Below, piece by piece: positions 18,289 to 27,480 of a stretch of DNA of 64,000 bases. Position 1 is the stretch's first letter; every line of letters starts with the position of its first letter. The position numbers and the translations under genes are program-made. The notes beneath the pieces were generated by a model. It saw only the letters and a list, made by a program, of their open reading frames with translations. It was not told the DNA's origin and made no database searches. Source of the DNA: Candidatus Bathyarchaeota archaeon (GTDB lineage: Archaea > Thermoproteota > Bathyarchaeia > 40CM-2-53-6); NCBI GenBank assembly GCA_963733055.1, contig CAVTBR010000002.1, positions 224,001 through 288,000 of the forward strand, written 5' to 3'.

Positions 18289-19698
18289 GTGGAATTCTGG
18301 GCGACATTACCAATCTTGATAGTGGCTGTCCTTCTCATCCCTCGCTATGTGTACGGTGAATGGTACGACAAAAGAGGACTTGCTCTCGCTGCCGTAACAT
18401 GGCTCTCTCATCTTTTAATCGTCTTCACGCTGGCTGACCAATTTCCATCGGGATCGCTATGGGACTTGGCTTTCTCGCTTTCTGTTTACTCACTGATCCT
18501 TCTTACCGCTCTATTGGTTGTTTGGGTTGCCTCCAAGTTTGGTTCAATTATGCCAGCACCAGAGACCATGCGACGATACGCTCACCAAGAAGCCGCCGAA
18601 CTTTCCAAAGATATATCTGCGTCGGTCGAAAGGAATGATGAAAAGCTGAACTCGAAGCTAGACTCGCTCGTTTCACGAGTCAAAAATTGTGAACGCAACT
18701 CAGCAGATCTTATCGCAAAAATTACTTCTCTGCAATTAGCATTCAACGAACACAACAATCGGTTATCAGCGCTTGAGGAAATATCTCTTTCGAAGCCAAT
18801 TGGAGGATCTGCCATCATTTCTCCTTCAATTGCACAGCCAGAGATGGACTACACTTTGGAAGAGCGGGGGTTGTTAAAGGAGGCTGAAGTTGGTCTGAGT
18901 AAAGCATTCGTCTTTGATGCAAGCCTACTACCTGACCAGATTTTTCTCAGTGTCTCACCAGAAGAGGAGGCGTTCATGAGGATGATCCGGCAGAGTGAGA
19001 TCAATGCTCCAAACGATCTGGTTCGGCGAACTGCGGGCGGGTTGACTGGTCGTTTTTCAGGGCAAGACGTAAGAGAGATAGCGCAAGCCCTAGAGAACAG
19101 AGGACTAATCGGTTCACGTCAAACACACTTAGAACCGGGGCGAGGAGGTCGGATGGCAACGGTCTATTCTGTCAGTCCTCGTGGTCGTAGCCTCTTCGCT
19201 CTAAACTGGAAGTTTTCGAGGGACGGAGGCGAGGAACATGGAGTGATCTTCAGGGCTGGAAGAGAGAAGGCATGGGAGATCGGACATAGAGTTATCCCCC
19301 TTCTTGACTCGCCGGCTCGAGAAAACCAACCAGATGCGCTGGAAGTCGCTCCAGACACTCTACTTCAGTGGAAATGGAGTGAGGTTGCAGCTATCGAGGT
19401 TCTGTCTTCACGGAAAATAAGGAACGAACCGAGGGGAGTCTTCGTTGATGCAGCAAAAAACTTCCAATACTCCTTCAGGTTTGTGGCATTGTGGTTTCCC
19501 GCCGAACTCACCCAGAACGTCGAAAGGCAATGGTCACGACTTCCCGCATGGCTAAAACAGAGAGTAATTCTCGTTCCGTTAGAAGTAACTGCGCCTAATG
19601 ACGATGAAGATGAATTCGAGGACGCCTATCTCAATGACCAGGGCTTTCCGAATTGGTATCGTCAGCAGCTTTCGGATAACCCACGTTTGCTAACGTAG
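18289..19698 (+). CDS. Membrane-anchored coiled-coil protein with putative wHTH and PD-(D/E)xK-like C-terminus
   Basis: 3 N-terminal TMs, heptad segment, LENRGLI...YSVSPRGR wHTH-like wing, EH...QPDAL...AIEV. Confidence 0.6.
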   Translation: MEFWATLPILIVAVLLIPRYVYGEWYDKRGLALAAVTWLSHLLIVFTLADQFPSGSLWDLAFSLSVYSLILLTALLVVWVASKFGSIMPAPETMRRYAHQEAAELSKDISASVERNDEKLNSKLDSLVSRVKNCERNSADLIAKITSLQLAFNEHNNRLSALEEISLSKPIGGSAIISPSIAQPEMDYTLEERGLLKEAEVGLSKAFVFDASLLPDQIFLSVSPEEEAFMRMIRQSEINAPNDLVRRTAGGLTGRFSGQDVREIAQALENRGLIGSRQTHLEPGRGGRMATVYSVSPRGRSLFALNWKFSRDGGEEHGVIFRAGREKAWEIGHRVIPLLDSPARENQPDALEVAPDTLLQWKWSEVAAIEVLSSRKIRNEPRGVFVDAAKNFQYSFRFVALWFPAELTQNVERQWSRLPAWLKQRVILVPLEVTAPNDDEDEFEDAYLNDQGFPNWYRQQLSDNPRLLT

Positions 19699-19727
19699 CT
19701 CCGAACATGCGAAGCGATGTTCGGAGC
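19698..19727. other. Perfect 11-bp inverted repeat hairpin
   Basis: GCTCCGAACAT-gcgaagcg-ATGTTCGGAGC. Confidence 0.8.
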
Positions 19728-20324
19728 ATGAAAATTGACCTTCAACCAACAACCGCCAACGCACCCAACATAATCAAGGTCATAAATGATATAGTCAATA
19801 ATGGAATTGAGTGTCGGTTGAGCTAATCTCGCCGCTCGTCTTACTTGAGAGGGCATCATTCGAATTCTGCCCTTGCGAAAATTACTTCATTTTATGAAGT
19901 TGCACTTTTTTTCCGCTCACAACGAAGTGACACGTTTCGGTTGCGCATACGGTAAAAAAGCCTAAGAGGAGTCCCGACAGATCCTCTAAGTGAGAGAATC
20001 ATTACCTTTCGAAATGATTCTGACCGTGGACGCTGACACCAAAGGGAATACCAGGGGGTTCATGGTATCAATTACCTCATCCCTACTCATCAGGTTGAAG
20101 CTATGGTAGATTTCTGATATGCACTGTTCGATATGATACCGTTTGACTGTTTTTGTATTGGTTGTTTCTTGTTGTACCGCCTTGATCGGTACGTATCAAC
20201 GACTGACATGCGACTTATTGCCTCCCCCGATCTTCGAGATTCTGTTGAAATTGAAATGGGAATTATGTGTGTGTCCAGGGGGAGACGAATGGCTTACTGT
20301 AAACATTGGCTATTCCTAACGCTC

Positions 20325-20774
20325 TCAGGCGCTTCCGATGACAACCTGCCCATACGGTGTAGTGATAACGGCTTGGACGCTGTGTCCTGCCCCGTTAGCA
20401 GGAAAGTTGACAGAAATCTCAGTTGTGACGGAGTTGCCTGCTGTGATAACCGCTTGAGAAGATAGAGTATTGCCGGAAACTTGCGCTCCTGTGTTATCGA
20501 CCACGCTGATTGTCAGTTGAGTCAATGTAACGTCGAAACTGTTACCGTTCGTAATCTTTACTTCGTACAAGGCTTCCAAGGTTCCCACGTTATAACTCGC
20601 CTGCCAGTGGACAATCTTGATAGCGGCTCCCGCATTTGCGAGGTTTTGTAGAGAGGACGCCTGATAGTAGAAATATCCCAAACCTCCAAGTGACACCGCA
20701 AGAAGGATAATCAAGACCAAGACAATCGGCGTCACGACAATCCTAGATTTACCACGCATGTTCCGGTTTGTCAT
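20325..20774 (-). CDS. Membrane-anchored small Ig-like exported protein
   Basis: N-terminal TM followed by a beta-rich domain (VKITNGN...ITAGNSVT). Confidence 0.7.
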   Translation of the reverse strand: MTNRNMRGKSRIVVTPIVLVLIILLAVSLGGLGYFYYQASSLQNLANAGAAIKIVHWQASYNVGTLEALYEVKITNGNSFDVTLTQLTISVVDNTGAQVSGNTLSSQAVITAGNSVTTEISVNFPANGAGHSVQAVITTPYGQVVIGSA

Positions 20775-20882
20775 GATTTTCTCATGAGAAATTCCTCGTA
20801 TTTAACACCTAATGCATCAAAGAGCATGAAAAATACAAAGTCTTAAGCACCGTGAAACCGTCCTCCTAGTTCGGCTTTTGGC

Positions 20883-21545
20883 TTGAAAACCGCAATCATT
20901 AGTTCGATTATCGTTTTCGTCATCGCATTAGTTCTTCTAACTGCACCTTGGTACCCAGCCGTGACGAGTCGGAATGTGGCTGAGTCTTTCACGTACACAT
21001 ACCAAGTCCCAACCGTGACTTACCAATCCCAGAATGTTTACACGCTGGCGCAACCGATAACTCTCCAAGGATTCTTTCAAAGCGGGGCGACTGCCAGTCA
21101 AGTTTACCAAGACTTAGGAGATGTTGCGCTTCAAGCTAACTCGTCAGTGGCAGTAGAGGTTAATCAATGCCAAAACTGCGACCTAGGTATATCGAAGGAT
21201 TTCGGCGATAAGGCAACTGTTTACTCTGTCTCGGGCTCTTCTTCCTTTGGAGACTTCATAGTTCCAGTCTCAGGTCAATACAGAATAGAGGTAGATAACC
21301 TTGGAACTACACCAGATGTAGTAAGCTCGATTGTGATAACCGAGAAGGTAGCGCAAGCTAGTATGCAGACGGAATTGGGTTACAACACCATAACGGTTGC
21401 TCGATACTCGGTGGTTGCGCTCGCTCCCAATCTAGTTCTTGGGCTCCTACCCTCTCTGATTATTCTCGGTGCGATCGTTCTTGTTGTGGCGATCTTGGTT
21501 CTCTTCGACAGAGGAATAATTATCATGGATTCCCGTCGCCGGTAA
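20883..21545 (+). CDS. Exported protein with N- and C-terminal TM segments
   Basis: Signal/TM, GOLD-like FIVPVSGQYRIEVDN, C-terminal TM and RRR. Confidence 0.7.
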   Translation: MKTAIISSIIVFVIALVLLTAPWYPAVTSRNVAESFTYTYQVPTVTYQSQNVYTLAQPITLQGFFQSGATASQVYQDLGDVALQANSSVAVEVNQCQNCDLGISKDFGDKATVYSVSGSSSFGDFIVPVSGQYRIEVDNLGTTPDVVSSIVITEKVAQASMQTELGYNTITVARYSVVALAPNLVLGLLPSLIILGAIVLVVAILVLFDRGIIIMDSRRR

Positions 21546-21555
21546 GGAGTTCTCT

Positions 21556-22158
21556 TTGTCCGGTCCGACAGAAATCAAGTCAAGAGGAAGAACCCATCCA
21601 TTCAAGGTTCGCCAGGCAAAGGTTCAAGATGCCAACAAGTATTTCGTTAGACTTCGCAGCAAAGATTTCAACGTCATTCTAAAGGGGGAAGGCGTGCAAA
21701 ATGTCGAAAACGTCCGGGATGCACCAGTTTGCATTCAATCGAAGGAATACCAACGATCACGTGTAGTATTGGCTAAGCGACCTCTTCACACGAAAAGTCA
21801 AGACGATCTGGACCCTGGGCAAATACGCCTCAATTGGGATCTTAGAAAAGACTTGGGGAACTTGGCGCTTGGTTCAAAGGTAGAAGTTAAGTCGCTCCTC
21901 TCCTCTTGCTCTCTCCTCTCATGTTACGGAAAATGCAGGCTCGCATGGAACCACCTCAGGCACTGCCCCATCGCCGCACACAGGTTGTTTCCGACGTTGC
22001 TCTGGGTAGTTGTGCCAACGATGCTGACATATCTCACTGTATCTGTCTTTGTGCCTTGCCTCAAGTCGCTGATGGTAGCGTTAGCGTTAGTATTCACGGT
22101 AATTGCTGTTCCTTACTCTAGCTATACTACCGTCACATCAGAATCGGGGGCAGTTTGA
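21556..22158 (+). CDS. CDC48-N-like double-psi barrel fused to two TM helices
   Basis: FKVRQAKVQDANKYFVRL and GQIRLNWDLRKDLGNLALGSKVEV resemble the two halves of the CDC48/VAT N domain. Confidence 0.5.
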   Translation: MSGPTEIKSRGRTHPFKVRQAKVQDANKYFVRLRSKDFNVILKGEGVQNVENVRDAPVCIQSKEYQRSRVVLAKRPLHTKSQDDLDPGQIRLNWDLRKDLGNLALGSKVEVKSLLSSCSLLSCYGKCRLAWNHLRHCPIAAHRLFPTLLWVVVPTMLTYLTVSVFVPCLKSLMVALALVFTVIAVPYSSYTTVTSESGAV

Positions 22159-22271
22159 CTTGTCTAGCCCAGACACGAAAGAAATGGGGTTCACATTACC
22201 AGACGGCTTGCGATTTACAAAACAGGCGTAGCAAAAATAGACTTGAGCTGAGCGCATTCTAGCATAAGCAG

Positions 22272-22586
22272 CTAAGCCGTGGTTTGCCCAACTGGTGGTG
22301 GGTGAAATATGTTACACGTGGTACAAAGCCACGCAACGCCTTGAGCTCTTTCAGGGTGATTCTTATTGTCGAGTTTGCCTTCCGGTCCCCGGAAGTCATG
22401 GTATAACTCACATTCCTTTCTGAAGGCATCTTCAGGAGAAGATGCGTATTCGAACTTAAACCGACCATATCCGCCAATGTGTTCCTTCAGTCGAGTCCTC
22501 ACATCAACATCAGCCCGACCGACACAGCGAACGTAGAAAGTCTTGCCCTCCTTGCGTCCGAGAACATATACTCCAGGAATTCGTAT
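22272..22586 (-). pseudogene. GIY-YIG nuclease-like gene, 5'-truncated
   Basis: Extended frame reads IPGVYVLGRKEGKTFYVRCVGRADVDVRTRLKEH...AFRKECELYH...LDNKNHP; an in-frame TGA lies just upstream with no canonical start. Confidence 0.6.
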
Positions 22587-22822
22587 TCAGTTTGGGGACC
22601 CACGGTTCCTTTGTGGATTTCCAAGACTCCTTTTGAATTAATCAAATTCAGTGTAACGTCACATCCCGATTGCAGGGAAGGGGATTCACAACATCGTGTG
22701 CGAATGCCTTGAATGTCATAGTGAAATTCATTGGTACCCGCTCAGTAATGGGGCAATAGTCAACACTTTTCGGTTTTGCGTTTTGAATCGAAAGCCAATG
22801 TTAAGGCAGAAATATCCCTTCA

Positions 22823-23233
22823 TTGCACAATCAAGAAATAATGAAGCCCAGATTACCAAAGAAGCGTCCTTCGAAAACTTTCAGAGAAATACTTCGGAAG
22901 TGGAAAATTGTTTGGGAGTTGCTTACAATCATTACCACTTTGGAAGGAGTAGCCAGCTTTGTTGACAGTGTGTTAGCATGGTTAAGCCCAGTTCATACTT
23001 CAATTATTCCTCCGACATCGACTCCGATTTCTTCACCAACAACTATCTTTACTACCATATTTGCAAACACTAGTACTACGTTTGCCCAAACTACACCGGT
23101 AACATACTTCTTCCCATACTACCCAAACTACCCAGTACACTACGTACACGCAGTAGCGGTAATTCCATACGAATTGAGCTTCCCCCTAGCACTGCTTTTC
23201 GGCATTCTGTGGTTCAAATCCCGGAGGGCTTGA
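22823..23233 (+). CDS. Small Thr/Pro-rich two-TM protein
   Basis: TM, PTSTPISSPTT linker, C-terminal IPYELSFPLALLFGILWFKSRRA. Confidence 0.6.
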   Translation: MHNQEIMKPRLPKKRPSKTFREILRKWKIVWELLTIITTLEGVASFVDSVLAWLSPVHTSIIPPTSTPISSPTTIFTTIFANTSTTFAQTTPVTYFFPYYPNYPVHYVHAVAVIPYELSFPLALLFGILWFKSRRA

Positions 23234-23275
23234 AAGGAGCAGATTAGTCCGATGCCCCACCATAAGTAGCTCTGC

Positions 23276-23995
23276 CTAACCTTTGTTGAAGCACAACTGA
23301 CTTTCAATCTTGCATAGGTCTTCGAGGAAGGGCGTAATGTCATTCCCGAAACATATAGCTCCATTCATTGCAGTTAGCACATAACAGACTAGCTTTTCAT
23401 AATTACGCTCAATCTGACATGGGATGCTCTGTTCAGGTACGGTATAGCGTCCCAGCAGAGTGAAACAATTCGCATACCCGAAACAGACCGTAGGTTCTTC
23501 TTTTGAATAGACTATGACTGGTACTCTCCTGATATTGTACCTCCTTTTTCGTTTCGGCTTTTTCTCTGTCTCTCCTTCTTCCTTGTCAGCCTTGATCACT
23601 CTGTACGATTCATCTAGAACTCCTTCGAATCGAAGAAAAGCAGGTAGGTCGGCTACTGGCACACTATGTATGATTCCTTCCACAGGTTCAGGGGATTCAG
23701 AGCCATTTGTCTGTTTAAGCTCATGAAGAGCATAAGCAAGTCCTCTCCTGCTTGATTTATTGTCCAGCCTTCTTTCGTAACCGCTTAGAGTACTTCTCAG
23801 GGCACAAAGCAAAGACAGGTTAGAACCATATTCCTTAATCTTGGATTCGAAATCTGGGCGGTAGAGATTGCTCCCATAACTGAACCAAGTTGAAATTGGG
23901 TTGACTTCCTCAGCTCGAATATTTTCTTCTTTAAACTCCCTTTGCAAGCATTCCAAAAAGGGACGAAATTCTACCATATCCATCGGGAAATTCAA
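23276..23995 (-). CDS. Gamma-glutamylcyclotransferase-fold protein
   Basis: WFSYGSNL motif, VEGII, FLRFEG. Confidence 0.6.
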   Translation of the reverse strand: MNFPMDMVEFRPFLECLQREFKEENIRAEEVNPISTWFSYGSNLYRPDFESKIKEYGSNLSLLCALRSTLSGYERRLDNKSSRRGLAYALHELKQTNGSESPEPVEGIIHSVPVADLPAFLRFEGVLDESYRVIKADKEEGETEKKPKRKRRYNIRRVPVIVYSKEEPTVCFGYANCFTLLGRYTVPEQSIPCQIERNYEKLVCYVLTAMNGAICFGNDITPFLEDLCKIESQLCFNKG

Positions 23996-24062
23996 CGACT
24001 CTTTATGAAACTATGCTAATAGATCAAATATTCAATAAACGAAACTCTTATCGGCGATACAT

Positions 24063-25397
24063 CTATTTTTGCGGTTTGTGCTCTTGGCAGTAGAAAGTCT
24101 TTGAAATAATGCCCTTTGAAGTCGCACAGCTAGTGCATAAGGGCTTTGAACAAATCGAGCAAGTCCTCGTATGAGACTCACATGCAATAGCCCCACAGTT
24201 TTCACAGACCACCACAGGTCTATCAGAACACAACTGGCACTTACTGGTCTGATCAAGCATTAACTCACCAGTCGAAGCCAAGCAAGTTCTAGTGTATGCA
24301 AAGTTTCGGAACTTGTACGTCCCTGTCAGAAGAGGAATCTTGACCGGTTCAACATTGAGGATTTCGACATCCTTCTTCTTGGGATTGAGGAGTTTTGAAC
24401 GTGTTGTTGGGATCGGTATTCTCGCTATACGTACTCCTGAGGACACATGGTAGGAATATTCGCTTGAAAGACCCTTAACGAGTTCAACCTTGGCGATGGC
24501 TTTGGCACGCCCCGAGTCTATCCGAGCTCGGCTCGTTGAAACTGGCAGGTCATGTGGCAAACTCGCCGCTGTGACGGTCTGAGTTTGCATCCCTCTACAC
24601 CCAGCGTAGGCCCCGTGACTAGGCAAATCAGCTTCCTGTCCGGCTGATGTTGCTGAATCAACGACTCGTCCGTCAACAGCATCTATTGTCAGGGTTCCTT
24701 TGCTTTCCATTATCGTCGAATCACCTCTGACTGTGAACTGAGAGAAGCAATGGTAATCAAGGAAATAATAGGGTCTGAAGTCGAGTTCCTTCGATTCGGA
24801 GAAGACACTATAGTTTTTCAGATGTTTTGGAGCAATCATATCAATTGAGTCGGGATTGACCGGAAGAGCATCATGGATTATGTCTCTTTCCGGTGTCTCC
24901 TGTCTTGAAATCTTTTCCTCTAACGCCTTCTCGTCCCAAAGCTCAATATTTACTGAAGCGGCATCTGCCTCCGCATCTGTCGTGAATCCCCCAGTTGAAA
25001 CAAAGATGCCTTTGGTTATTCCTAGAGCCGACAGCTTGTCGTTGAAGTTCCTGATCTCTTTGATGTCTATCCGAGACCGAACATTCTTGCATTCAACAGC
25101 GATCTGTATTATTCCAAAATCCTCTCTCTTCGCTGCCAAGACATCTATTTCGTGATAAACATCTCTGCGGTCTCTCATTTTGGTTCTTATCTGAACGTCG
25201 TAACCCTTGCTCCGAAAGTAGCCTGCAACAGAATCTTCGAGTTCTCCGCCTTTCTCCTTCATGGAAATCTGTTTGGTAGCTGGAGAGGGATCCCTAGCTG
25301 CCTTCAGTTTAGTTCCACAGCTAGGGCAAAAGAATAAGCTGGAATCGACCTTTGCTCCACAGCTAGAACAAAAAGGCAAGTGCACCCTTCCAGCCAT
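24063..25397 (-). CDS. Mrr-like restriction endonuclease with N-terminal double zinc ribbon and C-terminal Cys-rich domain
   Basis: CSSCG..CPSCG; EIDVLA...IAVECK; GIFVSTGGFT; C-terminal CxxC clusters. Confidence 0.85.
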   Translation of the reverse strand: MAGRVHLPFCSSCGAKVDSSLFFCPSCGTKLKAARDPSPATKQISMKEKGGELEDSVAGYFRSKGYDVQIRTKMRDRRDVYHEIDVLAAKREDFGIIQIAVECKNVRSRIDIKEIRNFNDKLSALGITKGIFVSTGGFTTDAEADAASVNIELWDEKALEEKISRQETPERDIIHDALPVNPDSIDMIAPKHLKNYSVFSESKELDFRPYYFLDYHCFSQFTVRGDSTIMESKGTLTIDAVDGRVVDSATSAGQEADLPSHGAYAGCRGMQTQTVTAASLPHDLPVSTSRARIDSGRAKAIAKVELVKGLSSEYSYHVSSGVRIARIPIPTTRSKLLNPKKKDVEILNVEPVKIPLLTGTYKFRNFAYTRTCLASTGELMLDQTSKCQLCSDRPVVVCENCGAIACESHTRTCSICSKPLCTSCATSKGIISKTFYCQEHKPQK

Positions 25398-25467
25398 TAC
25401 AGGAGATAGGTAATGTTAGAACTGCTAGGCTTTTCGACCACTACTCTCCTTGAGACAGTTTTCATAC

Positions 25468-27039
25468 TTATCGCCATTCGGGACGCTCTTTCATGATCTT
25501 TTCGTACGCCTTCTGAATTGCGTCAAATACGTGGGCTGAGTTAGGGTTTCTGCTCATGTCTGGATGGTATATGGTTGCGAGTCTAAGTTTCGCCTTTTTC
25601 ACTTCATCGTAGCTGGCTGTTGGCGAAACTCCGAGTAAGACATAAGCGTCCATGCCTTCGAGCGATTCCTTACTCAACTCTGTCAGACGCTGCTCATATG
25701 TCAGCCTTAAGCGATCGGTGCGCTCCTCCGCTTCTTGTACCCGGTGTTCCATTTCCCTAATCCTTCGAACAGTGTCATCAGTCTTCTTCAACCCTCTCAA
25801 GTTTCTCAGACGCTGCTCATTCAGCCTTACCCGTTCCGTACTCTCTTTTACCCTGCGTTCAAATCCTTCTAGCTGGCTTTGCATTTTCTTAATCCTTCGA
25901 GTGGTGTCATCAAAGTTCAAACTCTTCATATATTTGAGTACGATCCGCTTATGGTTACGATAATCCGGATCGTTAGGGTTAAGCTGAATTGCGGCATCTA
26001 ACTCCTTTAGCGCCTCCTCAAACCTGTTCAACCCACCGAGTGCAGCCCCCTTACTGTCATGGAACTTTGGTTCGTCGGGGTCAAGTCGGATTGCTATACT
26101 CAACTCCTTGACAGCTTCAGCAAATCTCTCCAACCCAATGAGTTCCCCCGCCTTATTGTGATGATGAATTGGTTCGTCGGGGTCAAGTCGTATCGCTATG
26201 TCGAACTCTTTGAGAGCCTCCTCAGATCGATTCAACCCACCAAGTGCAGTCCCCTTCTTGCTATGGGGCGTTGGATTGTCCGTGTCAAGTCGAATGGCTA
26301 TATCGTACTCCTTAACAGCTTTAGCGAACTTTCCAAGCTCATTGAGCGTGTGCCCCTTATTGATGTGATGAGCCGGATCGTCGGGGTCAAGTCGTATCGC
26401 TATGTCGAACTCTTTGAGAGCCTCCTCCAACCTGTTCAACCCGACAAGTGTAGCGCCCTTGTTGTTATGATAAACCGGATCGTTAGGGCTAAGTCGGATT
26501 GCTTTATCGTACTCCTTCACAGCCTCCTCTAGCTTGCCCGACTCACGGAGTGTATTCCCCTTAGCACTATGCCGGATTGGATTGTGGGGGTCGAGTTTGA
26601 TTGCCATATCGTACTCCTTGACAGCTTTGGCAGTCTTTCCCAGCTCATCGAGTGCATCCCCCTTACTGTGATGATAATCCGGATCCGGATTGTTGCGATC
26701 AAGTTTGAGTGCGATATCGTATTCCGTAGTAGCCTCACCGAACCTCTTCAACCCATCGAGTGCAATCCCTTTATTGTAATGATAATCCGGTTTGTTGGGG
26801 TTAAGTCGGATAGCAGCATCATACTCCCTGACTGCGTAGTCAAGTCTGTTCAATTTACGGAGTGCGTCCCCCTTGTCCTTATGATAGATTGGATTGTGTA
26901 GGTCGAGTCGGATTGCGATATCGTATTCCGTGATAGCTTCCTCAAACTTTTCCCGATAGAAGAGGTCGTCCCCCTTGTTCTTGTGATAGCCCGGATCGTC
27001 TACATCTTTCGAAAGTGCATCTTTCAAACTGATCCACAT
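25468..27039 (-). CDS. TPR-repeat protein with coiled coil and C-terminal J domain
   Basis: ~10 34-aa TPRs; AYVLLGV...YHPD J-domain motif. Confidence 0.9.
   Translation of the reverse strand: MWISLKDALSKDVDDPGYHKNKGDDLFYREKFEEAITEYDIAIRLDLHNPIYHKDKGDALRKLNRLDYAVREYDAAIRLNPNKPDYHYNKGIALDGLKRFGEATTEYDIALKLDRNNPDPDYHHSKGDALDELGKTAKAVKEYDMAIKLDPHNPIRHSAKGNTLRESGKLEEAVKEYDKAIRLSPNDPVYHNNKGATLVGLNRLEEALKEFDIAIRLDPDDPAHHINKGHTLNELGKFAKAVKEYDIAIRLDTDNPTPHSKKGTALGGLNRSEEALKEFDIAIRLDPDEPIHHHNKAGELIGLERFAEAVKELSIAIRLDPDEPKFHDSKGAALGGLNRFEEALKELDAAIQLNPNDPDYRNHKRIVLKYMKSLNFDDTTRRIKKMQSQLEGFERRVKESTERVRLNEQRLRNLRGLKKTDDTVRRIREMEHRVQEAEERTDRLRLTYEQRLTELSKESLEGMDAYVLLGVSPTASYDEVKKAKLRLATIYHPDMSRNPNSAHVFDAIQKAYEKIMKERPEWR
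25940..27000 (-). repeat. 102-bp tandem TPR-coding repeats
   Basis: e.g. TCGTCGGGGTCAAGTCG at 26072, 26174 and 26378; ~50 bp identical between the 26174 and 26378 copies. Confidence 0.85.
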
Positions 27040-27385
27040 GCCTTCGAGTCAGATATATTGTACTTGGCTATCCCTTGGAATTCTTTGTGGTCGCTGAGTG
27101 ACCAGTCTATGAGCCAAGTTCTTTCGTTTTCTTTGTGTGGTTTTCGACACGGTCTCACGATGTGCCAAAAGGTTCGTAAGCCGAAATCCAAAATTAGCCG
27201 ATCAGCCAAAGCCAACGTAAGAATGATGAATCCTTTAATGTTCAACACCTCAGCCAGCAGGTAGCCGCAATCAGTGATTCGTTTTCTGTCATTTACTGTT
27301 GAAGTTTCCAGTGAGGCTGGAGGATTGAGACACGAACGCCTCGAAATAACACGATATGGAAGCAACTCACTTGATGCAACAAGCT

Positions 27386-27404
27386 AGTCCCTTCGGCCCC
27401 ACCA
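27386..27404 (+). repeat. attR (duplicated tRNA-Trp 3' end)
   Basis: AGTCCCTTCGGCCCCACCA. Confidence 0.93.
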
Positions 27405-27480
27405 TCATACTCTTTTTCCCTGTCCGCTGGATGACGCGCTTCTAGAGTCCGCTCCCCCTCACAAGCTCTCTGTCAGGAAT

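Larger units (their letters stand above)
15146..27404. mobile_element. ~12.2 kb integrated element in tRNA-Trp
   Basis: Integrase 60 bp from attL, 19-bp terminal direct repeats, inverted arm sites, visibly more AT-rich, accessory cargo. Confidence 0.92.

Noticed and set aside
25940-27000. Periodic repeats as a CRISPR array
   Set aside because: The 102-bp in-frame period encodes TPRs, there are no unique spacers, and no cas genes are present in the window
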